A stretch of DNA of 61,695 bases, counting the filler, from Choristocarpus tenellus KU-1152 (taxonomy: Eukaryota; Protista; Phaeophyceae), in the NCBI GenBank assembly GCA_964200185.2. It is 13 parts of 13 records of this genome, joined end to end, with 100 filler letters (N's around TTAATTAATTAA, not from the genome) between each part and the next. Parts side by side here need not be neighbours in the genome. Positions count along the whole stretch, not along the records: positions 44,211 to 50,698 come from CAXNAD020008023.1; positions 50,799 to 54,769 come from CAXNAD020016852.1; positions 54,870 to 58,116 come from CAXNAD020021280.1; positions 58,217 to 61,695 come from CAXNAD020019752.1; 9 more parts are not named here. One strand, given 5' to 3'. Position numbers and translations under genes: made by a program. Below, one piece after another: positions 50,436 through 61,695 of this stretch. Every line of letters begins with the position of its first letter. Positions within the stretch are counted from its first letter, which is position 1. A model generated the notes under the pieces. It was given only the letters and a program-made list of their open reading frames with translations, did no database searches and was not told the origin of the DNA.

Positions 50436-50798
50436 GTGATAGGCACTTTGACCTGGACACTGTTGTGATTGCTCTTGCCATAACATGCATGCAATGACAT
50501 TTCCATTTTGATGGTTCCAATGATCCCACTTCCGTCTTTCTACTTGAAGTTTCCTGGGGGGATGAGTACATGATACTGTAGCCAATACATTTTCCTCCTT
50601 CCTAGACCCTTATGTGAAGGCCTCAATGGACCACAGTGGTGACTATTTCCTGACTATAGGCTAGTCATCATGAAACGATTCTGGGTCAAAGTATCTGGNN
50701 NNNNNNNNNNNNNNNNNNNNNNNNNNNNNNNNNNNNNNNNNNTTAATTAATTAANNNNNNNNNNNNNNNNNNNNNNNNNNNNNNNNNNNNNNNNNNNN

Positions 50799-50851
50799 TG
50801 GATTTTGACCCCCAAATGGACGCGGCTCTACCCTCTAAGATACTTTGGCTC
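50799..50851 (-). mobile_element. MITE family A, terminal fragment at contig start
   Basis: TTTTGACCCCCAAATGGACGCGGCTCTACCCTCTAAGATACTTTGGCTC is the reverse complement of the family's left end. Confidence 0.85.
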
Positions 50852-51599
50852 ACCTCAGAGACGCTACTGTTTCCTTGTTGTTGTGTTCCTGTGACTTTAG
50901 CTTTTCCTCAAAGTGCTTGATCACCTTCCGTACTGTCCAATTTTAATAGGAGTCAATATGTTAGGAAGTAAGACGAAGAGGGGTTCAGAGGTAGTTGACA
51001 AAAGTCTTTGTGTGGGGCTTTTAACTCCTCAAGAGCGTTGATCTTTGTGTTTTGCTATCCCACATGTGTCATGATCCGTTCTTTGGAGCTCTAGAGAGTA
51101 GAATGAGAACGTTGCCCTTGCTTTTGCCATGGTTCTTCTTATTCTTGATAAATACACCAACCTTAAGGGAGACCTTGAATCTTCTCCTTAGAAAACATCT
51201 GCACCGCCCACACTGGGAAGAATTACACAAGAGGATACCAGGAATCTATTTGAAGAAATAGCACTAAATATATTCCTTGGCACATAAGCATGTGTGGAAA
51301 CAGAGCAATGTTAGGGTTAGGGTTATTTTGGGATTTTTATTGCGTACATAATTCAATAAACCGGACGCTTCCTCCTTTTTTTCACCTGTTTCATGACATC
51401 ATGACATCCAGTACTGTGACTTTTGCGAGTGCGGAGGGATATCAGATAGTACAAGGAGAAGTGATTCCTTCGGGTTTTTAAGGATTTTCACCCATAGCCA
51501 GCAATATATAGCAAAAGGAAGTCAAGCTATTACGATGGTAACTGTGTCAAAGTCAACAGAAGTAACCAAAGCTTTTGTTCTCCTTGGGAGGTCCAGAGA

Positions 51600-51860
51600 G
51601 AGTCAAATTTGCTTAGAGGGTAGGGCTGCGTCCATTTGGGGGCCAAAATCCAATGTTGCATTTTTGATGTTATTTTGGTTATTTTGTTTGTTCGGAAGTA
51701 TCATTGATATCCTTGTTCCGAACACACCTTTTTCATAACGTATACATCTTACCTACTCCGAAACATTTTGGAGTAGGAAAGTGTAATTAAAAAAAACATG
51801 GGAAGCCAAGCCACAAATGGGCAAAGGGCAAAACTCGTACCCTCGAAGATACTTTCACTC
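51600..51860 (+). mobile_element. MITE family A, full copy, TSD AGA
   Basis: AGA|GAGTCAAATTTGCTTAGAGGGTA...TACCCTCGAAGATACTTTCACTC|AGA, with central hairpin CCTACTCCGAAACATTTTGGAGTAGG. Confidence 0.88.
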
Positions 51861-52687
51861 AGATAGGTTGGCGGCACACACTATTGGATGGCAAACACCC
51901 ACCAATGGTATCATGCTTGTGAGGCTGAAGCCCACCTACCAGGCAGGGGCATCGATTTTGTCCTGAAAACATCTAGTTCTTTGGTGTTATGTGCTCTGTG
52001 TATAAGGTGGAGTGTTCTCAGTATGCGATGATTCATTGCATTGCATGGGTGCCAATAAAGAGGTCGTTTTTTGAGTATTGTTAATAATAGTATTGATGAG
52101 TTGAAGTAAACGAGATGCACACAGTTTTGTCAGTTTTGTATTGAAAGTCAGTTTTTCCAATCTTTTGCAATTCACCCATACTTCTATGGATTAAGTGTTA
52201 ATTTTGACTTGAGAGGTTAGATTTTTTTGTTCTTGAAAACTTTACACAATTCGGAAAATATCCTACTTCGAAGTATATTATATTTGTACAAAAAACTCGA
52301 ATTTTGGACATATTCGTCGGTATCCTTAAACCAAACTCTCCTTTCCTTCGACTTACTCCTCACTAGTATGTGTAGTAATTCGAAGCATAAACTGTTCTAT
52401 TTTTGTTCAGTTGGGAAGTAGATACACGAAACTGTTCTTATCCGAATTCTTCACCGCTGAAAGAGAGTTTCGAAGTGTTCTCTGCTTATTATGTATGGTA
52501 GATGAAGGAGACCCGTTGTGTGTTCGAGTTGGGAGATACCATGTCCCAATTTGCATCAACGTTTAGTGTGCTACAAAAATTACACACGTCCTATATCGAT
52601 CGAAAGATAAAGAACACTGTATGCATGCTGTTGAGAGCAGTACCTCTTTTCTTCCATATGCTTTCAAACTTGGTCCAATCTTGTTGC

Positions 52688-53531
52688 CTGTGATACGTCG
52701 CTCGTGGATTAACCAGTTCAACATCGTAAAAATGAAATACACTCCCTTTCAGTTCATGCCTACACTTCCAATCCTCACTCTGCTTATTTGCCGCACGAGA
52801 GACTGCAGAGTTATCCTCCCGGACTACAGGCTTATGCTCGGTCGGAACTTCTGTGTGTTGTTTGACAGCAGCCATCTCTTCCATGAGAGAGTTAATCTGT
52901 GCCCTGTGAGGTCACCATTGGATCATCAACAACAAACAGCAATGGACATGTCAGAATAGGGAACAATATACTTTAAAACAGTTGAAAACAGGGAAGCTAG
53001 AAGTAGAGCAACAACCTGAGGATGTCCGTTTATTGGATGGAGGAAGGGTGTTCCAAGGGTTGATGCTGTAGCATGAGCAAGCAGAGTAGAGACATGAGAG
53101 ACGAGGGCTGTACCGGTACTAAGCTGGTTCATTTCTAGCCCCTTGCGTTAATTTTGTCAACATTCCACCCCACGAATCAACTACCCTTAACATGATACCC
53201 AGCAGTTTGATTATTCCAGTGTTTTGCGTTGTCCCTGTCCTACCTCAATCCCATTCCCTACTACAATAATTTGAGGATATCAAAATACAGATAATGGTGG
53301 TGGTAATGATGATTAATAGAAGAATAGAAGTAGTAAAAAAAATAAAAGCAGCAATAGCAAAGAAAAAATAGTTGATAATGGTGACGATAATGGCAGTTAT
53401 AATCGATAGTAGTGTAAACTTAGCATTGCACTGCAGCACTCAAACAACTCACCTCAGAACTTTCTTTGTCTCCTCACTGCACTTCAACACAGCCTCCCTC
53501 TTGGCATTGTGCAGCTGAGCTGCATCATTGA
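52688..53531 (-). CDS. Two probable exons (53531-53453, 52903-52688) of an unknown coiled-coil-like protein
   Basis: CACAG|TC and AG|GTGAGT (phase 2) join CTCACAG|G to give NDAAQLHNAKREAVLKCSEETKKVLRAQINSLMEEMAAVK...YHR. The second exon ends at a putative AG|GCAACA donor. Confidence 0.5.
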
Positions 53532-54947
53532 CTGTGAAAGCGCATTGACGGATACCACACAGAAACGAACGGAAAAGATAACAGTTAAAACTTGAATCAA
53601 TGAAGTGTTCCTAGTAATTGGATCCTTTGTTGGACCAGGCCGCCAACCAATCCAGGAATGTTCTGATTTTTCCAGCTAAGAAATGGAAAACTCAGTGGAA
53701 CAGTATACTGGTGTAATATAATGATATTGATTAATAACTTATGCTGTATCAACCCTCAGCGGCTTCTTACTTGGTCATAACATGGGGCCGACTAAACCAC
53801 ACCCCAACCCTATTTCTGCTGTTTTCTTGAATCTATTATTCAGAGGGGAGTTGGTCTTCCAGGCAGTCATGATGGTGATGGCTATTGCTGAACTTGACAA
53901 GGGAAACCTAAATACTGCCAGAGAGGAGCCCTGCACCAAAGTGCACATTGTGGGTGCCTTTCAGGAAGAGGGTAGCTATGTGCTGAGTACCTCTTCGATT
54001 GCAGGGACTAACTAACACCCCCTTCCATATATTTCTTATTTTTCAATTGAAACCGGCTTTGGATAAGTACAGAAAAACACGTTTGCTAAATATCATTTTC
54101 TAGGCACCTGTAGGTAGACACCAGCCAGGGACTAGGGAGAATTGCAGTGTAGTAGTGAATACAGTTTCCTCACAGAGTTTGATGATGAGAAGTCAGTACC
54201 AACTAAGTGTTGTAGACTGAAAGAGGACCGATGGCCTTTTCAAGAATGCTGATGGGATATGTGTTGCTGAATCACCTTTACTACCAATACACCAACAAAT
54301 TGATACACACAACCCCCCCCAATCATTGCTGCACTGTACTTAGGTGTTTTACAGCAATCTATACCTGATCTTCACTTATTAAGCAACCATATTTGAGCGT
54401 AATAATGATCTTAGAGAGTGATAATATATTTTCTTTTCTTTTCTTTTTTGCAGATTCCTTATCCAGCACATTCTTTTTTATTTTTTTGTTAACTGGATTA
54501 TCAACAGATGTTTTAATATTTTAATTTTTCGTTCAAAAACAGATAGACACAACCCTTCATGTGAAAGGCGGGGATCTATAGATACAAAATTAGCCCCCCC
54601 CCCCCCCTGCCCCCGACACATCCAGGATAAGGTGTCTGAATATAACTCATTTATCGAAATAAATTAGTGTAATCAAGAAATACTAATTCCATGTGAGGGC
54701 ATTCCCCACATACAAAGTTCCAATCATTTATCCCTTGCAGTTACAGAGCGATCCTGACCATGCCCCCTCNNNNNNNNNNNNNNNNNNNNNNNNNNNNNNN
54801 NNNNNNNNNNNNNTTAATTAATTAANNNNNNNNNNNNNNNNNNNNNNNNNNNNNNNNNNNNNNNNNNNNGGCTTCGGTAGAGGCAGTGTGAGAAGGATCT
54901 GCAGGTCGGGGGGGGGGGGGGGGGGGGTCCACTTTATCTGACATCAG

Positions 54948-55488
54948 CTACCCTGGCTTCGGGTGATGTGGATCTTTGCCTCGTTCCGGAATCGGATATT
55001 GTTCTTGAGGGACCCAAAGGGTGTCTTCCTCACCTGATGAAGAGGGTGCGTGTGTGTGTTTGTGTGTGTGTGGTATGTATGATCTGTGTTTGTGGGGGGA
55101 GGGGGAGGGGGAGGGGGAGTAACAGCATATTTTGGAGGTCTGGGGGATGAGGTGAGGGGGAGGGGTACTTGGGAGGGTTTTGTCAGGAGCTTGTTGGGAA
55201 CGATGACCGCATGCGTGGATTCTGGATAAATTGCCTGGGTGGAGATTGAGTTGTTGCAGATGTAAGCTATCTTGTTGTTGGTGTGGTGATGGTGGGTTTA
55301 GTTCCTGTCCATATTGAGTGATGGCATGTGGCAATATACACTTCGAAAGAGATGCTGTCCTGTGAGATGTGTGTTGTGGGTATGTTGTTCAACCCGAGGT
55401 TATTAGATTGAGAATGTAACAGTGGGAGACCTGATTCCAGCAACAGGTTTTCTTTTGGCAAGGGTAAGTCTCTGCCAATATTGGTGGG

Positions 55489-55520
<32 letters not shown>

Positions 55521-57982
55521 AATATTGACAGTTTTGGCAATAGGTGTATTGCAACCTCTGATGGCAAACCCTCTGTGCTTATGAGTTTTTCTCTTTAGTA
55601 ATGAAAACGTTTGGACAGTTTTGATATGTTTCCAGTTTACCATAGTAAGGGTATACCTTATTATTGGGAGACTGAAAGTACAAAGTATGTGTGAATCTGT
55701 GCTGAAGAGTAGTTCCCCCTCCCCCCTTCCCTCTCCCCCACCATTTAGGATATTTAGGATAAAGACCATAAGCATTGAATGACTGTTGGTATTGTGTTAT
55801 GTATGAATGAACCTCATGCTCCATTGTTGCCAAATCTAAGATTCTCAACACCTTGTATAGGTTAGTGAGAAGGGCTACGCCGTCGTGGTGGTGGCAGAGG
55901 GTGCTGGCGAGGAGCTCCTGGGCAAGTCTGTGGCTACAGATGCCAGCGGGTAAACATATGGGATGTACTGAAACTACTGTTGCCGGAGGAAGGGGGCCTG
56001 TGAAATAAATTAACCTTTTGTTTTAATACTTGGAGTCTTGGGGGTGGGGGGTGGGGGAAAAAAGAGGGGGGTTCCTTAAAGGGGGTTGGGGGGGGGGGCA
56101 GGAAAAATTGTGACGACCAGGAAAATATCATTTTATCATGGGCGTCACTGTTAAACTTTGTCATGCCACTGTTCAAATGTGGCAGGCTTTTTTGAGCTGT
56201 GGGATCGAATCCCTAACCCTAATCCTAGGGAACTGTTTTCGTGACTCCCTACGGGAGGAAAAGTTAATATTTAATATTTGGTATTTAGTATTTGGTATTT
56301 AGTATTTAGATTTAGATTGCATGGGGGTAGCGTGTGGCTATACTAAGTGGGATGATTTAGTTGATTACTGAGGTGTCCGTGTTCCACAGGGGGTAGGGAG
56401 TGGTGCAACTGTCTATTGTGGTTGAGCAGTAGTGGTATGTCAAAATCTTACAGTTCTATGTTGTATGCAAAACATTCCTTTCAATTATCGCATTATCGAA
56501 CAATAGCCCAACAACTGATTGTTTGTCCCACAGAATTTGCTTTTACACATAAAAAAAAAAGCGTGTGTTCTTACCACAGATATATTTATGTATATTTTTT
56601 GTGTGTTGTGTGTTGTGTGATGCGTATATCTTTTTGTAACCCCCAGTATATACTCGGAACTCTCTTGATTTTTTGTTGTGTTTTTTTTTTCTGTAACAGT
56701 AACAAACTTCTTCCGCCGATTGGAAAGCACATGAGGGAACGGATTGAGGAGTACTATGAAAGGAAGGGAGAGACCTGCACTGTCAAGTACATCGATCCCT
56801 CCTACATGATCAGGCAAGAGAGAGAGGGTAGAAAGGTGGAGGAACTCTCTGCAAGCTGATCTTTGTGTTGCCATGGGGAGGTGGGCAGGTTGAGGATGGG
56901 GCATAGTCTTGACTTGGATTGCTTCCTTAGTATTTGGCCCTGAAAAATCACAGCAGCTTGGTGAAACTTGGTGAACTGGAATAGAGCTAGAGGTGTCATC
57001 ATGGTGTTTACTACTTTGCTGCTTAAACTTGAAGTTTAGGTTAGGGTTAGGGTTAGGGTGTTGTGTGTCTTTTTAGATGTGATCTGTTCCAATGATTTCA
57101 CACATTTACGGGTGATAGTTCTATAGTTTGATCGCTCTGGGGACAGGGTCACTAGTAGCATATGATACCACCGATGTTGTGTATTTTTGTTACATGAACC
57201 ACAATCGATTTACAGCATGGTTAAAGTTAGTGAGGCGTGTTGGGGCAGAAGGTGATGTTTAGAGGGAGTGCTTGCTGTAGTGTTGGACCTGGTACTGGTA
57301 GTGCCTCAGAGTCTAGCTGCGGCAACCTGCTCAGCCTACTGGGGTGTTTGTTTGATGCCTCCACCCTCAGCTCTTGTCAAGGCTCTTGCAACTAGGTTGT
57401 GCTGTTTGTTGGCACCAATGTGTCCTGTGTTCTCAGTTGTCTCCTTAGTGTGGGTAATGAGTATCTCTGTACCCTATACTTGAGGCAGTGGTGTACAGAT
57501 GACAGTACAATGCTATGAAATTACGGCGCTATGGCAGGGACCTGGACTGATGCTTGGGACTTATTTTGTTGGGACTGGCTGTCGACACCAAAATTTAAGC
57601 ATGCAGTGACTATTTCTACCTGGTACCTGGTACCATTTCTACCTGCTATGTGGTACCGTTTGTACCTGGTACCGTTTACCGTTTCTACCTGGTGCCTGGT
57701 ACCGTTTCTGCCTGGTACGTGGTACCGCTTCTACCTGGTAGTCCCCATAATCCACTCTACTTTAAACTTTTCCATCAAGCGTCTAACTTCCAGGAGCACA
57801 CCTCATCACCATTTTAGTTGTTGTAATTGTTGTCAAATTGATGCACACGCCTCTCTATTGATAGGTCCGTCAAGGCGAATGCCTTCGATCAGATATACTG
57901 CATGCAGCTGGCGCAGAATGCTGTACATGGCACCATGGCAGGTTACACGGCTTTTAGTGCTGCAGTGGTGAACAATCGTACG
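54948..57982 (+). CDS. PFK: ATP-dependent 6-phosphofructokinase (plant/protist type), four internal exons (54948-55045, 55861-55949, 56700-56813, 57865-57982)
   Basis: ATLASGDVDLCLVPE...|VSEKGYAVVVVAEGAGEELL...DASG|NKLLPPIG...KYIDPSYMIR|SVKANAFDQIYCMQLAQNAVHGTMAGYTAF...VNNRT. All phases agree. The third intron is GC-AG. Confidence 0.93.
57035..57058 (+). repeat. Short interstitial (TTAGGG)n tract
   Basis: TTTAGGTTAGGGTTAGGGTTAGGG. Shorter or degenerate tracts occur at ~6125-6155, 19555, 24188, 51311, 56211 and 59952. Confidence 0.7.
57611..57740. repeat. Intronic minisatellite built on (TTTC)TACCTGGTAC(C) units
   Basis: Repeated TACCTGGTACC / TGGTACCGTTT words inside a PFK intron. Confidence 0.8.
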
Positions 57983-60680
57983 GTGAGTAGAGGAGTGTGA
58001 CGAGAGGGAAGCGATTTAGGAACTTTTCAATAGTGCACTGTACAAGATGTGTGCTGGGGGTTTGTAGATAGATCGATGTGAAGCATGGTGGGCAGGGGGG
58101 GGGGGGGGGGGGGGCGNNNNNNNNNNNNNNNNNNNNNNNNNNNNNNNNNNNNNNNNNNNNTTAATTAATTAANNNNNNNNNNNNNNNNNNNNNNNNNNNN
58201 NNNNNNNNNNNNNNNNACAATTGCAAACCTGGCTGAAAGTATCTTGGGGGGGGGGGGGCTCTACACCAGGGTGTCTATTTGGACCATGACCAGGTGAAGT
58301 GCACTTACATTATCTCTCCGACGCATGCAACCAAGTCACACAATGCTCACAACATGGGGAAAATGGGCCCCAGATGGATAGCCGCCGCTACCCCAGATAC
58401 TTAGAGTCACCTTTTTTCTTTTTTTTCATTTGGAGTTGTTTTACCCCAGCTAGAATCTGTTCATTCTCCGTACACTCCTGTGAGGATGGATTGTAGGCAG
58501 GGGATTGCACAGTCCATTCCCGCAATGAATCTTTGATTCTATTTGTGGATGGAATGGTCTGCCGGCAGTTGTCTGCCTGGTTCAGTTAGTCTGTGTGTCC
58601 TCTTGCCTGCTCCTTTGTCAGAGTTCGAGGATATTCCCACATCCATAAGGTTGGATTGGATTCTTAAGAGGTGATAGATGCTTCCTCTGTATCTGTTGAG
58701 TATGAGCTTGAACAGTCTGCATGGATTAAAAGGATACAGCATTTGGAAGGGATTTTTTGTTGTTACTCTGCAGCAGGTGGTGTAGAATGGGTGCTTTAAC
58801 GTCGGATTTTTTTGCTTATTTTTGACTGTAACTCTGTGAATAACTTTTTTTTTCAAAACCTCCATAAAAATATAATAAAAAATATGATCCTAATTTGTGC
58901 ATTCTCAGTTAGCGTTGTAAGGTCTTTTGAAGTGGTGGGTGACCATTTACTGGGGGGAAATGCACTCATTTCCATATTTATTTGTCCTCAAGTGTCAGTG
59001 AGATTCTACTCTCTTTTCTTTTTTAGAGTGCTTGAGAAGGAATTATACTTCTATTATTGAATTTGATATTATTGTAGTCTTGTTCAAAGATTGTGTGTTT
59101 AAAAAAAAATGAATGGTACGACCCGACCGCCTCTCTGGTTCTCCCCCTCCCCCCCCCCCTTGTTTTTTTTTTTGTGGGGGTTTTTGTTNNNNNNNNNNTT
59201 TTTTTTAAAAATTTTTTTTTTAAAAAAAAATGATTTGTACCTCCCCACCCCCTTTTTTTTCCCCCCCCCCCCCCCGTCTTATCTGATCTGTAGTGTGCTC
59301 GATGTGTCTTGGTGATTTGAATTAAAAAAAACATAAATGAGTGTAATGTGCTTGCTTTCTTGTCCAGTCTCTCCACGGCTGCGATGTGTCTATTGACTCT
59401 TTTTTTTGCCTGGTTGTTCTGCTTGTTCTACTCATGATTTTTTTTTCCCTTATTTTTGTAAAGGGTGGGTTAGAGACAGATTTCGATGCTGTGTCAACCG
59501 GTGCGAGCACGCCGTGGGGAGGAAAGAAGTCTTTCCTAGATGTGAGAAGCAATCTTGTGTTTTATTTTTTGGGGGCGGGGGAGGGGGGGGGGGGAAGTGG
59601 GGCCGTTTTGACCTTTTTTTCTCCTGTGAAGAATCATGCCTTCCATGTGCAGTAAAGTGTTTATTATCTGTAAGGATTGGGTGTGTTATTTTGGCAATTT
59701 TGTGCTGATGCATTTTTTTGTACCTTTATTTCTTGCTATTTTTTGCAGGTTGTATTTTTATACATTTTTTTGTTAGCATATTACGATTTTTAACAATTAT
59801 TTGCTTCATACTTTTCCAAAGTGTGTTTGGCGGTATCATAATTTTTGTGGAGTTTTCGTTATTTTTGTTATTTGTGTCTATGCTATGCACTACTGCTGCT
59901 GCTGTACTTTATCCCCAAGTGTTCACCTTTTTTTACTTGTCAGTTTGGTGGTTAGGGTTAGGGTTATTTTGATCCCATTTAAAAAAAATTCAACGGAAAA
60001 TTTTCTAGGTGGCTTGTGTGCACCTGTGTTGATCAGTATTCAGATAACAAAAATATGGTGAGTAGGAGAGATTTTGAGATCTCTTTGAAGAGAAGAGTAA
60101 TTTCTTCTTAGGCGTGTCTGGACCTGATGGAGTTGACCTGATGGAATTGCACACTGGGATAAAGGGTTGTTGAGAAAAAGTATCATTGTGGAAAAGGGGT
60201 AACTGATGGTCTGTTCAAAGGTATCTTTCTTTGTTTTTAAACAAAAAGTTAAAACATTTTTTTTAATACTTCAAGATGTTTTTGTTGTCAGCAGTGAAGG
60301 TTTTGTGGAACCTGAAGACTTGATTTCTGTTGTAGGAAGTGAAGCCTTCTCTTTCACACAGTGTTGACTCTTGATGTGAGTCAAAGTGAAGATGAGAAGT
60401 GTATGTGAAAACTATTTTGGTGTCTTGAAGTCTAAATGCGAGTAGCCTAGTTTATTTCTGCTGTGTGGTGTTTCCCAAACCCTTACGTTCTTCAGTGACG
60501 TATGGGTATTTTTGGTGATCTGTACCTTGGAGTTAGAAGGCTTTTCTTTCGGAAGACTTACTTCTGTCCCTCACCAGATGGCTGTTGCATGTTGATTCTG
60601 GTACTAGAGATGTGAAGTTGATCTAAACCCTTACATATTTCCCCTCCTGTTTATGTATGGCTTGGGATCTCCACACCAAG

Positions 60681-60854
60681 CAGGCGGTCAGGACGCCAGG
60701 CAGTGCGCCTCTGCCCGTTAAACAGGTTGAGGCCCCGAAGTCCCCACCCAGATCGCACCGTGTTGGAGAGGGGAAGGATAAGGATGCAGGGAGGGTGGCT
60801 AATGGTCGCAGCAACAGCGGCAGCCTTAGAGGAGACAGGAATTCCAGGGCGTGA
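60681..60854 (+). CDS. Possible terminal exon of an unknown protein
   Basis: GC-rich open frame QAVRTPGSAPLPVKQVEAPKSPPRSHR...* after an AG, in AT-rich surroundings. Confidence 0.3.
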   Translation, partial: QAVRTPGSAPLPVKQVEAPKSPPRSHRVGEGKDKDAGRVANGRSNSGSLRGDRNSRA

Positions 60855-61621
60855 TGCCTATAGGGGTTGAGACTATGGACTGCATTTTGGCAAAGTTAGC
60901 CCAACAAGTATGCTGGGCTTTGATTATTTGCCTGTGGGCTGGTCCAGGGGTTGCATAGAACAAGGCGAGCTTAGTCATTGTGCAATGGCTCTATAAAGCC
61001 CTTCTTTCCCCCCCCCCATCCCCCCTCACCCCTCTCGCCCGTTTCCTTGTAGTTGCTGCTTGCCATTTTTAGTGTACTTGTGCCATAATGCTGTGCACAT
61101 GTGTATGGAATGTCACAGACTCAGAGCGCATGCGAAGTTTTAGGGGTGTAGGGTATTTGTAGGGGGTGAGCTTGTCAACCTGAACGAATGAGCTGCCTCA
61201 CGGTGCAGGAGATGTGTGAGGGACTGAGAGAGGTCCTTTTCTTTTGGGGGTTGGGATACTGACGCGGCAAGTGTTCTGGTGATTGCACAGGAGGGCGGTG
61301 TAGTTGTGGTGGATTGGCTCGCTAGTAATGTCGTAAGGATCGTCTTTGAAATAGATAATGATGACTTGGTTTGGGGGAGGAGGAGACACACATTTGGTGA
61401 TGCTGGAGGGTATGTATGAGGACAGCGCATAAAGGGCTGGAAGTGTATGTTTTTGTGTGATAAACCGCTGCTATAGGGCTCTTTATGTGGAGGAGCCCCA
61501 ACTCTCCTCTGATATTACCCTCCTCCTCCACACCCCTCAATGTGTCTTTGGACGTGCAGTGAGAACCCTGGGGGTACTAGTTGCAGGGGTTGGGCAGGGG
61601 GAGTGAACAGATGAGGGGGTA

Positions 61622-61652
<31 letters not shown>

Positions 61653-61695
61653 AGGACCGGCGGGTTTTTTTTTTTTTTTTTTTTTTTGGGGGACT

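Noticed and set aside
8972-58216. Regularly recurring TTAATTAATTAA motif, and any operon-like clustering of the genes
   Set aside because: The motif is an artificial six-frame-stop linker inside N spacers. The genes lie on separate contigs, so adjacency carries no biological meaning. ORFs ending in X...LIN are artefacts.
58520-61560. Several LINE-like fragments on the minus strand (also 40100-41500 and 55080-55460)
   Set aside because: Composition suggests old retroelement debris, but I could not read any diagnostic motif.

Overview
The window is eukaryotic, intron-rich and transposon-rich. It is most likely from a brown-alga-like stramenopile; this is inferred from the RTE-LINE wording, a BBS10-like gene, TTAGGG motifs and long introns. 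It is not one locus. It is 13 short contigs joined by artificial 100-bp N44-TTAATTAATTAA-N44 spacers, so gene neighbourhood across spacers is meaningless. Spliced host genes I could reconstruct with phase-consistent exons are: a complete MZT1, and partial models for a BBS10-like chaperonin, a rolling-stone/AIG1-like membrane protein, a CER1/CER3 (WAX2)-like protein, an OSCA/TMEM63/TMC-superfamily membrane protein, ATP-dependent phosphofructokinase and several unknown exons. Mobile DNA includes six copies of a ~260-bp MITE with 3-bp TSDs, CRE-like RLE-LINE 3' ends, a repeat X sharing the LINE tail, an RTE LINE remnant, nested Ty1/copia elements, a Ty3/gypsy RNase H remnant and an intron-rich Sola-like (DUF7869-type) transposase pseudogene. 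The most notable signals are: about 5 of 24 reconstructed host 5' splice sites are GC rather than GT; a CER1/3-like gene; repeated co-location of the RLE-LINE with repeat X; and a higher-order (ABC)x3 minisatellite. I found no CRISPR array, RNA gene or prokaryote-type system. All family assignments rest on remembered motifs, not database searches.
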